Source: Candidatus Woesearchaeota archaeon | GTDB taxonomy: Archaea > Nanobdellota > Nanobdellia > SCGC-AAA011-G17 > GW2011-AR20 | NCBI GenBank assembly: GCA_964361505.1 | Contig: CAYIAV010000001.1 | Location: 1 to 46,770, forward strand | Length of the DNA stretch: 46,770 nt | Direction: 5' to 3' | Part shown: in pieces, positions 11,780 through 21,026 of the stretch | Numbering within the stretch: position 1 is the stretch's first letter | How the letters are laid out: the number at the start of each line of letters is the position of its first letter | The notes under the pieces: generated by a model | Database searches by the model: none | Told to the model about the DNA's origin: nothing | What the model saw: the letters and a program-made list of their open reading frames with translations, nothing else | Translations under genes and position numbers: made by a program

Positions 11780-14183
11780 GAAAATTCAACAAAAATTAAT
11801 TGAAGAAGAAATGAAGGAGAGCTACATAGATTATGCTATGTCTGTTATAACAGCTAGAGCATTACCTGATGTTAATGATGGATTAAAACCAGTTCATAGA
11901 AGAATTTTATATGCAATGCATAAGGCAGGATTGCAACATTCTAAACCTTTTAGAAAATGTGCAAGGGTCGTTGGAGATGTTTTAGGTAGGTATCATCCTC
12001 ATGGAGATATTGCAGTTTATGATTCTTTAGTAAGAATGGCTCAAGATTTTTCTTTAAGATACCCTTTGGTTCAAGGGCAGGGGAATTTCGGTAGTATAGA
12101 TGGATTTCCAGCTGCTGCTCAAAGATATACTGAATGTAAATTAACACCAATTGCAGAGGAAATGCTTTTAGATATTGAGAAAGATACAGTAAAATTGGTT
12201 CCAAATTACGATGAGAGTTATAAAGAGCCAATAGTTTTGCCAAGCAAGATCCCTAATTTGGTCATTAATGGAACTACTGGGATTGCAGTTGGAATGGTGT
12301 CAAGTATACCCCCACATAACTTAAAAGAGGTTGCTGATGCCATTGTTGCCTTAATTGACAATCCAGAATTAAAAACAGATGGATTAATGCAATACATTAA
12401 AGGACCTGATTTTCCGACTTATGCAAGCATTGTTGGAAGAGAGGGAATAAGAAAAGCATACAAAACAGGAAGAGGAAAATTAAAAGTAAAAGCTAAATGT
12501 GAATTTGAAAAAGACAAGATAATTATTTCTGAAATTCCCTATCAAGTAAATAAGAAGATGTTAATTGAAAGCATGGTAGATCTTGTTAAGGATAAAAGAG
12601 TTGAAGGCATTAAAGATATCAGAGATGAAAGTGACAGAAAGGGAATGAGGATTGTTCTTGAACTTAAAGACAATGCAAATAATGAAGTTGTTTTAAATCA
12701 ATTGTATAAGCATACCCAATTGCAGGCTACATTTAGTGTAATAATGACTGCTTTAGTTGCTGGGCAGCCTAAAACTATGAGCTTGAGAAACATGCTTAAT
12801 TTTTTTATACAGCATAGAAAAAGGACTATTACAAGAAGAGTACAATTTGACTTAAAGAAAGCAGAGGACAGAGTCCATATTTTAGAAGGATTAAGAACTG
12901 CTTTGCAAAATATTGATGATGTTGTTAAAGACATTAAAGGAAGCAAGGATGTTGAATTTGCCAGAATCTTATTAATGAATAATTACAAGCTAAGTGAAAT
13001 ACAAAGCCAAGCAATTTTAGAAATGAGATTGCAGAGATTAACTAGTTTGGAGCAAAACAAGATTGAAGAGGAGTTTAAACAGTTATTAGTATTTATTACT
13101 GAAATGAAAGCTATTCTCGCTTCTGAAGAAAGAATCTTAGGTATAATTAAAAAAGAAACTTTGGAATTAAAAGATAAATATGGTGATGACAGGAGAACTG
13201 TTATTATTGAAGAGGATGCTAGTGAAATTGAGGATGAAGATCTGATTAAGAATGAGCAGATTATAATTACAGCTACTAGAGATGGGTATATCAAACAGAC
13301 TTTGTTGGAAGAGTATAGACAACAGAAAAGAGGTGGAACTGGTGTAATTGCTACGGAGAAGAAAGAAGAAGATATAGTCGAGCATTTGTTTTCAACTAAG
13401 AGCCATAATCATTTGTTATTCTTTACTAATGCTGGTAAAGTTTATTGGTTGAAAGCTTATAAGATTCCTAAGGGAAGTAGGTATGCAAAAGGGAAGGCAA
13501 TTGTGAATATATTTAATTTAAGCGAGGGGGAAAAAGTAAATGCAATATTGCCTATTTCAAATCTTGAGAAAGAAAGCTATATCATGTTTGCAACTAAATC
13601 TGGGAAAGTTAAGAAAACACCATTAAACTCATTTTCAAAACCTAGGAAAGCTGGAATAAAAGCTATTAAATTAGATGACAAAGATGAAGTTGTTTCAGTA
13701 AAATTAACTCCTGGCAATTTGGAGGTTATTATTGGAAGCAGGAAAGGAAATGCTGTTAAATTTAATGAGAAAGATGTCAGGGTTATGGGAAGGAATGCTT
13801 CTGGAGTAAGAGGCATTAGATTAAAAGAAAAAGATGCAGTTGTAGGAATGGAAATTGCAAATCCTGAAGGAACTTTGTTGACTGTTACTAAAAATGGGTA
13901 TGGAAAAAGAACTCTTTTTACAGAATATAGACTAACAAAAAGAGGCGGTAAAGGAGTAAGGAATATCAAGATTACTGAGAAGAATGGAGAAGTTGTTGGA
14001 ATTAAAACTGTTAAAGATACTGATGATGTCATGTTTATTACTGAAAAAGGCGTTGTTATCAGAACGCCTTCAAATGGTATTAGTGTTATAGGTAGGAATA
14101 CACAGGGTGTTAGGATAATGAAATTAAAGGAATCAGATAAGGTAAAATCTTTAACCAGGATTATTTCACAGATTGTTGATTAA
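11772..14183 (+). CDS. gyrA: DNA gyrase subunit A
   Basis: [32 protein letters not shown] and the C-terminal beta-pinwheel repeats (GVRGIRL, GVRNIKI, GVRIMKL) are present. Confidence 0.96.
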
Positions 14184-14184
14184 T

Positions 14185-14850
14185 ATGGCTAAACTTTATA
14201 CAAGGGGGGCTGGTATATGCGAAGAGCCCAATTATTGTACCCAAGACTTTTCATTATTTGACCTTTTAACTTCACAAAGAAATGCTCATGTCAATGGAAT
14301 ACTCTTTTTGCAGCCTGACTCTCAAGTATTTTTAGAATATATAGAATCGTGGAGAGTTAGTTATAAAAAAATGGAATTTTCTCCAGAAGATATTAATCAA
14401 AAAATTGCAAGACTTGCTTCTTCTTGCATTAAGATTGATTCTGAAACGAGACATTTATCAGTGAAAGAGACTGGGTTTGCTGCATTAAAACTTCCAAATA
14501 GAGATGGATGCCCTATGGAGAATATAATAACAGATAGAAGATTAAATCTTGCTTGCAATATAAATGTTGGAGAGAAAGTTGTTGAAGTGTTTCCCTATAA
14601 CAATGAAAAAGGCAACTCGCAGTGGAGATATTTTTATGATGCTGCTAAAGTAGAAGCAGCAAATAGGTTTAGATATAGCGGTTTATTAATGGAGGGGTTA
14701 CAAGAATTTCAACAACATGGTTTTACTTTTAATAGAATGAGGTGGCCAACTTCTTGTGAGAGGGTAAACAGAACTTATGACATGGTCAAAAGTTTTGGGC
14801 TTATAGTGAGTGAAAATATTACTTTGGGTGAGCTTTTTGATACAGAATAA
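14185..14850 (+). CDS. Hypothetical 221-aa protein immediately downstream of gyrA
   Basis: The ATG lies 1 nt after the gyrA stop. The track's TTG at 14173 overlaps gyrA. I see no recognisable motifs, and the protein is Cys-, Arg- and Trp-containing, unlike the Lys-rich core proteins. Confidence 0.55.
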   Translation: MAKLYTRGAGICEEPNYCTQDFSLFDLLTSQRNAHVNGILFLQPDSQVFLEYIESWRVSYKKMEFSPEDINQKIARLASSCIKIDSETRHLSVKETGFAALKLPNRDGCPMENIITDRRLNLACNINVGEKVVEVFPYNNEKGNSQWRYFYDAAKVEAANRFRYSGLLMEGLQEFQQHGFTFNRMRWPTSCERVNRTYDMVKSFGLIVSENITLGELFDTE

Positions 14851-14914
14851 AGTTAATTTTCTTTTTGTTTTTTATTATGAATATTTTTTTGAAATGATTT
14901 TTGGTTTATATGCA

Positions 14915-15523
14915 CTATTTTCCTAGAATCGCTTCAAGAGCAGGAAGCCCGAACATAAATAATATTGCTATTCCTAAAACTGCGAAATAAACTGTTTTGT
15001 TCCACAAGAATACCTTTTTTCCATCTAGTGGGCCAAAAGGAAGCATATTAAATATTGCCAGCCATGTGTTTACGAAAATACCATATTGGGCGATTAAGAT
15101 AACTAAACTATTTGAGTTCATTATTAATAAGACAAGAAAAAATATTGCTAAGACTAAGTTTGTTATGGGTCCTGCTACTGAAATTCTGCCGTTTCTTGGA
15201 ATACCAACAAAACCTGAAATAAAAACTGCACCCGGAGCTGCAAACACCCAGTTTGTAAAGTATGCTAAAACTATTGCAAAAACTAGCATTATATCCCAGG
15301 ATCTGAATTCTGCCCAGCAGCCATATCTTTGAGCTACTACTTTATGGGCTAATTCATGCAGCAAAAATCCCAGTCCAACACTTATGGCTGATATAAACAG
15401 ACTTTCTAAGAAGCTAGTCGATGGATCCCTTAAGGCAAATGCAAATGCTATAGAAACTGCTATCCAGGCTTTTATTAAATCAATAATTTCTTCTTTTGAT
15501 GTTTTAATTTTTAATTTTTTCAT
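14915..15523 (-). CDS. M50-family (site-2 protease-like) membrane zinc metalloprotease
   Basis: HELAHKVVAQRYG (HExxH) and NMLPFGPLDGKKV (the NxxPxxxLDG motif) occur within a polytopic membrane protein. Confidence 0.8.
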   Translation of the reverse strand: MKKLKIKTSKEEIIDLIKAWIAVSIAFAFALRDPSTSFLESLFISAISVGLGFLLHELAHKVVAQRYGCWAEFRSWDIMLVFAIVLAYFTNWVFAAPGAVFISGFVGIPRNGRISVAGPITNLVLAIFFLVLLIMNSNSLVILIAQYGIFVNTWLAIFNMLPFGPLDGKKVFLWNKTVYFAVLGIAILFMFGLPALEAILGK

Positions 15524-16745
15524 TTTCTAAAGAAGCTACCCCTATTAATCTCCAACGGGCACCTAAATTTCTTGAGATAGTTATTCTGTCTGTTTTTGAT
15601 ACACAGACGGGTATCTTCAATGAAACATAAATTATGTCTTTTTTCATTTCTTTTACTGTGCCCACTGTTGCAGCTGAGTTTACGTTTAACATTAATATTT
15701 CTCCTTTTTTTATAGGCTCAACTACCAAATCATCTTTTGCCCCCACAACTCTTTCTAAAAGTTTTGGCTTTAAGCTGAAATCATAAAATACTTCTGGAAC
15801 TTGATTTTTTAAACCAACCACATTTCCTGTTAAATTATCTGATTTTACTATGGAAGGATCTAAAGCTGTCAGGATTCCTGAAGATCCTCCTGGAAACAAT
15901 TCTTTAACTTCAATATCTCCTGTTTTTAATCCTCTAATTTTTGTTGTTATTGGCTTCCAAACAGCTTTATTTTCTTTTTCTATTTTTAATCCAGGCCTGA
16001 TTTCTATTTCATCATTTACTTTTAATTTTCCTTCTTTTAATGATCCTCCTAGTACTCCACCTACTAAGCTGTTAATATCTGCTCCTGGTCTATTGATATC
16101 AAAACTTCTTGCCACGAAAAATAGAGGATTTTTTGATGAATCTCTTTTTGGAGTTTTGATAATTAATTGAATCTGCTTTATTAATTCATTAATGTTGATG
16201 TCATGCAAAGCTGATATTGGGATTATTGGGGCTTTTTCAGCTATTGTTCCTTTTATGAATTTTTTTATTTGCTCATAATTTTTTAATGCCTGTTCTTCTG
16301 TTGTTAAATCAATTTTGCTTTGGGCTATTATTATGTTTTTTATTCCTATGATGTTTAAACCCATCAAATGTTCTCTTGTTTGAGGTTGAGGACATTCTTC
16401 ATTTGCTGCTATTAATAATAATGCACCGTCCATTATTGCTGCTCCTGAAAGCATTGTTGCCATTAATGTTTCATGACCCGGAGCATCTATGAATGAAACT
16501 TTTCTTTCAAAAACTGTTTTAGACCTGCAAATCTCGCATGTTTTTTTAGTAGTGTAATGATCTTTAGAACATTTGTAAATTGTAGTGTCTGCGTAACCTA
16601 ATCTGATTGTTATCCCCCTTTTGATTTCTTCAGAGTGAGTATCTGTCCACTTACCCGATAATCTTTCTGTTAAAGTGGTTTTACCGTGATCAACGTGGCC
16701 AATTAATCCAATATTTACTTCTGGTTGAGATTCTTTTTCCATCAA
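15504..16745 (-). CDS. eif2g: Translation initiation factor aIF2 gamma subunit
   Basis: GHVDHGKTTL, DAPGHE, a CxxC...CxxC zinc knuckle (YKCSKDHY...CEICRS), QSKID, and EF-Tu-like domains II and III are present. Confidence 0.93.
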   Translation of the reverse strand: MMEKESQPEVNIGLIGHVDHGKTTLTERLSGKWTDTHSEEIKRGITIRLGYADTTIYKCSKDHYTTKKTCEICRSKTVFERKVSFIDAPGHETLMATMLSGAAIMDGALLLIAANEECPQPQTREHLMGLNIIGIKNIIIAQSKIDLTTEEQALKNYEQIKKFIKGTIAEKAPIIPISALHDININELIKQIQLIIKTPKRDSSKNPLFFVARSFDINRPGADINSLVGGVLGGSLKEGKLKVNDEIEIRPGLKIEKENKAVWKPITTKIRGLKTGDIEVKELFPGGSSGILTALDPSIVKSDNLTGNVVGLKNQVPEVFYDFSLKPKLLERVVGAKDDLVVEPIKKGEILMLNVNSAATVGTVKEMKKDIIYVSLKIPVCVSKTDRITISRNLGARWRLIGVASLENEKIKN

Positions 16746-16766
16746 GAATAATCTGTTTTAAAGGAT

Positions 16767-16774
16767 TTATAAAG
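16767..16774 (-). promoter_or_regulatory. Palindromic TTTATAAA TATA box about 25 nt upstream of the aIF2-gamma ATG (leaderless geometry)
   Basis: The plus strand reads aaaggaTTTATAAAgct. The ATG is on the minus strand at 16745. Confidence 0.4.
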
Positions 16775-16859
16775 CTAACTTAATCATGTAATGTAAACTC
16801 TACGGGATAAAAACTTCTCAATAGAAACCTTTAAATACTCCCATATATATCTAATATAT

Positions 16860-17009
16860 ATGAGAAAACAAGATATAATCTTAAAATTAAAAGACATAAC
16901 TGTAGCTGAAGTGTTAGAGAGAGAAATCTCAACTTTTGGAACAGGATGTCATGTTATAGTGCCTCAGAAACACAGAGGCAAGAAAGCAATAGTAATAATT
17001 AGAGATTAA
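16860..17009 (+). CDS. Small DUF2080/AbrB-like protein (49 aa)
   Basis: Hand translation gives MRKQDIILKLKDITVAEVLEREISTFGTGCHVIVPQKHRGKKAIVIIRD. The FGxxxHVxVPxxxxGKKxxV pattern matches my memory of the 'putative transposon-encoded' DUF2080 family. TATA-like ctttaaatac at 16829-16838 is about 26 nt upstream. Confidence 0.4.
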   Translation: MRKQDIILKLKDITVAEVLEREISTFGTGCHVIVPQKHRGKKAIVIIRD

Positions 17010-17015
17010 TAAAAA

Positions 17016-17039
17016 GTCGAGAGCCTTCGGGCTCTCGGC
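17016..17039. terminator. GC-rich hairpin flanked by an A-run and a T-run (bidirectional terminator-like)
   Basis: A perfect 8-bp stem and tetraloop, CGAGAGCC-ttcg-GGCTCTCG (17018-17037), is extendable by G:C and T:G pairs. It is preceded by aaaaa and followed by tttgtttt. It lies between convergent genes. Confidence 0.45.
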
Positions 17040-17045
17040 TTTGTT

Positions 17046-17798
17046 TTATGATTTTGATTGTTTCCACATTATTTCAAAATATTTCTTATATGATTCTGAA
17101 GCTTCCTTATTTTTTATCAAAAAACAAAGAGGTTCTCCATGAACATTGATTGTTACAACATAATCTTTGAAGATATCAATCCAGGCAGGTGTTTCCAATT
17201 CTCTTTTCATATATTTTACTTCTGTTAATTTCATCTTTTCTCTTGCTTTTCCAAAGGATTTAGAATCGCTATTATATAATATCCTCATTTTAATTCCTAG
17301 TTCAATCCTTCTTTTGTTCCAGTTCAATAAATAAGTTTGAAACTTCTCATTCGCTTCTTTTGGAACACCTAAGACATCAATACAATCACCTTTCTTTAAT
17401 TCCCTTAAAATCCAATCGTAAAATGTCTTAAATCCTTTAGGCCCTTCATATACTTCTGCGATTAGATTGTATTTTTTTTGTTCGAATTTTTCTTTTATTT
17501 TTGGGAGAATTTCTTTTAATTTTTGTTCTTTATCCTTTAATTCACCTTCCCTTTCTTTTAAATAATCTAATAATCTTTCAGGATCTTTTGCTTGGTAATG
17601 TTTGGTTCCAGATTTTATAACATGAGTAACCAAACCTTTTAAAACTAATTTATCAAGGATTAAATATGCTTTTCCTGATGCTATTCCTGCTTTTTTTATT
17701 ATGGGGCCCGTACTAGAACTTCCTAATTCTAATAAGGCAAAGTAAACTGCTATCTCTGATTTTGTTAATCCTATATCTGTTAATAATTCTTCATACAT
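17046..17798 (-). CDS. TrmB-family transcriptional regulator
   Basis: The N-terminal wHTH reads LTKSEIAVYFALLELGSSSTGPIIKKAGIASGKAYLILDKLVLKGLV and is followed by a coiled coil. Size is 250 aa. Confidence 0.85.
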   Translation of the reverse strand: MYEELLTDIGLTKSEIAVYFALLELGSSSTGPIIKKAGIASGKAYLILDKLVLKGLVTHVIKSGTKHYQAKDPERLLDYLKEREGELKDKEQKLKEILPKIKEKFEQKKYNLIAEVYEGPKGFKTFYDWILRELKKGDCIDVLGVPKEANEKFQTYLLNWNKRRIELGIKMRILYNSDSKSFGKAREKMKLTEVKYMKRELETPAWIDIFKDYVVTINVHGEPLCFLIKNKEASESYKKYFEIMWKQSKS

Positions 17799-17894
17799 AT
17801 TTATTTTGTAGATTTTGAACTATTTAAGTTTTACTATTAGTGCCCACATAGAGGTAGGTTATATTTATATGAGTCTATTTTGTTTAGTTATTAT

Positions 17895-17909
17895 GTAGTG
17901 ATGAACTAC
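17895..17909. promoter_or_regulatory. Palindrome GTAGT-N5-ACTAC downstream of TATA-like atatttatat; candidate operator
   Basis: Read directly from the sequence. It lies between the divergent TrmB-family gene and the 17923 ORF, about 25-45 nt after the TATA-like element at 17861-17870. Confidence 0.35.
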
Positions 17910-17922
17910 AAGGAAAAATAAA

Positions 17923-18633
17923 ATGACAATCAAAGAAAAATTAGAGATATTGGTAACAGAAGATAGTGAAAAACATTTAGCAGATGCTAGATCTGTTGGC
18001 AAGGGATATACCAATATAAATTTTACATTCGCTAGAACATTACAGGAAGCAGAAAGTTTAGTTCGACAAAATAGATATGATGCCGTTGTTACAGATGTAT
18101 TTTTTCCCGTTCAAGAAGGCGGAGAGCCCGCATCTGATTCAGGATTAAGTCTAGCAAAGATAGTGCATGAACGAGGAATTCCATTTGTGTACAACACTTC
18201 TGGAAATCATCATGGTAGGGCATATAAACAATTCTTAGAACCCGCAAGAGCGATATCAAGAGAGATAATGAAGATATGGGACAATAATGAATTTGGAACT
18301 GGAAAAATGATTGAAGCATATCCCGAAGATTCAAATGCAGAGAAAGATACTAAGCAATGGGGTGCTGCAATTAATTACGCGATTTTATTGGGTAGATCAC
18401 AGGGTTTAAGTAATGAAGTCAGAAAAGCGGTAGGCAAATTGGTAAAATTTTCCTCCTATGGAGATTATGGTAGATTATCTGGAGTTTTTGAATTAATTCT
18501 GGACGAGTCAGTTTCGCAAGAAGAGCTAGAAAGGGAATTAAGGATATATGGTGGACTAAATCAAGATGATGCTCTTCCTTTCATTAGAGACACTTTAGCA
18601 GAATACAGGAGGCAAAAATGCATCCAAAAATAA
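17923..18633 (+). CDS. CheY-like receiver-domain protein with a C-terminal domain of unknown function
   Basis: ILVTEDSE...YDAVVTDVFFPVQEG...IPFVYNTSG follows the REC pattern with the acceptor Asp retained. The C-terminal 120 aa or so are unassigned. Confidence 0.6.
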   Translation: MTIKEKLEILVTEDSEKHLADARSVGKGYTNINFTFARTLQEAESLVRQNRYDAVVTDVFFPVQEGGEPASDSGLSLAKIVHERGIPFVYNTSGNHHGRAYKQFLEPARAISREIMKIWDNNEFGTGKMIEAYPEDSNAEKDTKQWGAAINYAILLGRSQGLSNEVRKAVGKLVKFSSYGDYGRLSGVFELILDESVSQEELERELRIYGGLNQDDALPFIRDTLAEYRRQKCIQK

Positions 18634-19322
18634 AACGCATGTACGAAAGAATGCCTGAGGTATTAACTAACAGGTTTGAAGAAATAGATGAATATGAAGA
18701 TGGAGAAGAAGGTTCACTAGTGCTTCAACATAAAAATGTTAATATGAATCTTGAATTAGCAACAATTACAGAATACCCTACAGGACAGTTAAGAGCTAGA
18801 GCTAATTTGTATGCTCCTCTTGCAGAAATAGAAACTCCCGAGGAAGGAATTGAAACATTAACCACTCTTCGTGACCTGGAACAAAGATTACATAATGAGG
18901 GATTTAACGGAAAGTTTGGTCATTATGATGAAGGAGTGGAGTTTACTTACGACTTTGAAGTTGGGGGAATGATCTCTCTTCAAAGAGTACTTAGAGAGTT
19001 TGCGTTCATTCAATACAACCAGGAATTATATGTGACAATACTTCCAAAAACATCTGAACAAGCTACAGCAATTAAGGAGAAATTAGGACATTATTTAGTT
19101 GGAGAGAGAGGAATACCTTGTACAAGTTACTCTGATAGAAATCCCTCCATTAAAATAGCTAACTCTTATTTGGGAAGCCATATCCACCTCCGTTTTTGGG
19201 CTGAGGATGAACAAACATTAAGAGCAACACAAGATGACATTCGTCAAATGCATAAAGATGTTGCCAACTTACATGGTGATTTACATGGTGAATTTAAATT
19301 AATCCCTAAGTACTCAGATTAA
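18618..19322 (+). CDS. Hypothetical 234-aa protein, translationally coupled to the receiver protein
   Basis: An AGGAGG SD at 18607-12 lies inside the upstream gene, and the two ORFs overlap by 16 nt. I recognise no motifs. Confidence 0.6.
   Translation: MHPKIKRMYERMPEVLTNRFEEIDEYEDGEEGSLVLQHKNVNMNLELATITEYPTGQLRARANLYAPLAEIETPEEGIETLTTLRDLEQRLHNEGFNGKFGHYDEGVEFTYDFEVGGMISLQRVLREFAFIQYNQELYVTILPKTSEQATAIKEKLGHYLVGERGIPCTSYSDRNPSIKIANSYLGSHIHLRFWAEDEQTLRATQDDIRQMHKDVANLHGDLHGEFKLIPKYSD
19269..19292 (+). repeat. 12-bp in-frame tandem duplication (ttacatggtgat / ttacatggtgaa)
   Basis: The two units are identical at 11 of 12 positions. They encode LHGD-LHGE at the C-terminus of the 18618 ORF. 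Confidence 0.85.
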
Positions 19323-19338
19323 AGCCCGAACAAGGGCT
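19323..19338 (+). terminator. Short hairpin AGCCC-gaacaa-GGGCT followed by a T-run
   Basis: It starts immediately after the stop codon at 19320-22 and is followed by attttttcttttttt. Confidence 0.35.
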
Positions 19339-19489
19339 ATTTTTTCTTTTTTTACAATGACCCCCAGTAAACGTATAGTTCCAGAAAATTTCTTTTAATT
19401 TCAATCTTGTACCCCTTAGACTTTACATTACACTTAATCAAAGATTTTTTATCATAAGGCTTATAACTTTTTTTAATTAATCAAACCAT

Positions 19490-20002
19490 ATGGGAAAAAT
19501 TTTAGCTAGATATGTTCATGAAAAACCTATACCGGGGAAATTATTTTTATTTGATAATGGAGTTGAAGCTTTTGGGAATACTTTGGATGAGCAGGTAAAA
19601 AATGCTGGAGAATATGCAAGAACAGGATTAGATGGTTTAATCCACTATAATAAAGTGATTCAATGGGGATGTGTATTCACTCTTGGATTAATTTGGGGCG
19701 ATTCTGATACAAAAGTTATTGATTTATATGGCTATAAAGGTGTAGAAAAAAATTCTACTGATTCTTGGAAAAATGCTAATCTAGATGTTACTATGTGGGT
19801 AATAAGAGAATTTTTACAGGCTAAAGGATCATCTTATCTTTCTAGTCTTGGGGGTATGGCTTCATGTGAGACATCTTTAATAATTTTGGGAAAAGAAGCA
19901 GTTCATAGAAGAAGAACAGAAAGTCTTGAACAGTATTTGGGATCTCATGCGTATTTAATGGAAATGGAACCTTTTAATTCTTATCAATTTTTGAAAATAT
20001 AG
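19490..20002 (+). CDS. Hypothetical 170-aa protein
   Basis: ORF with TATA-like gcttataact 24-33 nt upstream. I recognise no motifs. Confidence 0.5.
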   Translation: MGKILARYVHEKPIPGKLFLFDNGVEAFGNTLDEQVKNAGEYARTGLDGLIHYNKVIQWGCVFTLGLIWGDSDTKVIDLYGYKGVEKNSTDSWKNANLDVTMWVIREFLQAKGSSYLSSLGGMASCETSLIILGKEAVHRRRTESLEQYLGSHAYLMEMEPFNSYQFLKI

Positions 20003-20037
20003 AAATATTAATATAATAAGAATTATCTTCTTTAATT

Positions 20038-20838
20038 ATGAAACATACGTTGAAGATTACTTTTCTCTTATTTTTATTATTTCTTGTGGCTCATGTTTTG
20101 GGGCTTACTATACTGAATCAATATAATTTTGTCAATGAAGCAGGAAAAGAACTGCCTTATGGATTACAACCACCGGAGATTGAGCAGGATACTAGTTTTA
20201 TTCCTATTTTTATTATTATTTTAGTTGGAACTGTTTTAATGCTTGTATTAGTTCGCTTTAAGACTATGTTCTTATGGAAATTTTGGTTTTTTATCAGTTT
20301 GATGATTACATTGACCATAGCTTTTGGAGCTTTTGTTGCGCAGGGAATTGCTTTAGTTTTGGCATTTATATTTGCTCTTTTCAGAATATTTAAGTATAAT
20401 GTTTATCTTCATAATTTTAGTGAGGTTTTTCTCTATGGAGGATTAGCTGCAATTTTTGTTCCTGTTTTTAATATTTGGAGTATCTCTATTTTATTAATCT
20501 TAATTTCAATCTATGACTTTATTTCTGTTTTTAAAACTAAACATATGATTAAATTAGCTAAATTTCAATCTCAAGAAAAGATCTTTAATGGGTTGTATGT
20601 TCCTTACCAGAAAAAAGCTGCTCTTTTAGGTGGAGGAGACATTGGGTTTACTCTATTGTTTTCTGGTGTTATTTTAAAAGAATCTGGTGCTTTGCCTGCT
20701 CTTTTAGCTAGTTTTGTTATTGGATTAAGCTTACTAGGCTTATTGTTTTATTCTAAGAAAGACAAATTTTATCCTGCTATGCCTCCTTTAACTGCTGGCT
20801 GTTTTATTGGGCTTCTATTGGTGAAATTACTTTTCTAG
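20038..20838 (+). CDS. Presenilin/signal-peptide-peptidase-like intramembrane aspartyl protease (A22 family)
   Basis: A polytopic membrane protein carrying the YD motif (LISIYDFISVF), the GxGD motif (LLGGGDIGF) and a PAL motif (GALPALL). Confidence 0.8.
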   Translation: MKHTLKITFLLFLLFLVAHVLGLTILNQYNFVNEAGKELPYGLQPPEIEQDTSFIPIFIIILVGTVLMLVLVRFKTMFLWKFWFFISLMITLTIAFGAFVAQGIALVLAFIFALFRIFKYNVYLHNFSEVFLYGGLAAIFVPVFNIWSISILLILISIYDFISVFKTKHMIKLAKFQSQEKIFNGLYVPYQKKAALLGGGDIGFTLLFSGVILKESGALPALLASFVIGLSLLGLLFYSKKDKFYPAMPPLTAGCFIGLLLVKLLF

Positions 20839-20947
20839 AATCTAAGGCTTTAAATTCAGTATTTTTACAGCTACACATCATGCCTTCTGGCAGGCTTCCT
20901 TCTTTTAAGGTGTAAATCATTCCACATTTTTTACAGTTTATTTCCAT
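20804..20947 (-). CDS. Unannotated small zinc-ribbon-like protein (47 aa)
   Basis: Hand translation gives MEINCKKCGMIYTLKEGSLPEGMMCSCKNTEFKALDSRKVISPIEAQ, with CxxC...CxC. On the minus strand, aaaacatttatatac lies about 35 nt upstream of the ATG. Confidence 0.35.
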   Translation of the reverse strand: MEINCKKCGMIYTLKEGSLPEGMMCSCKNTEFKALDSRKVISPIEAQ

Positions 20948-21026
20948 TTTAATCACTGTAGAATAGTATTAGAACTTGTATATAAATGTTTTTATTTTGA
21001 TATGACTTTGAAGTAGTTAAAATTAT

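Noticed and set aside
14997-16170. ORFs 14997-15332(+) and 15850-16170(+) lie opposite the M50 protease and aIF2-gamma.
   Set aside because: The minus-strand genes carry HExxH/LDG motifs and GTPase motifs. The plus-strand frames have none.
18089-18334. ORF 18089-18334(-) lies antisense to the receiver-domain ORF.
   Set aside because: It is shorter, and it has no SD or TATA. The plus-strand frame has a REC-like pattern and is coupled to the next gene.
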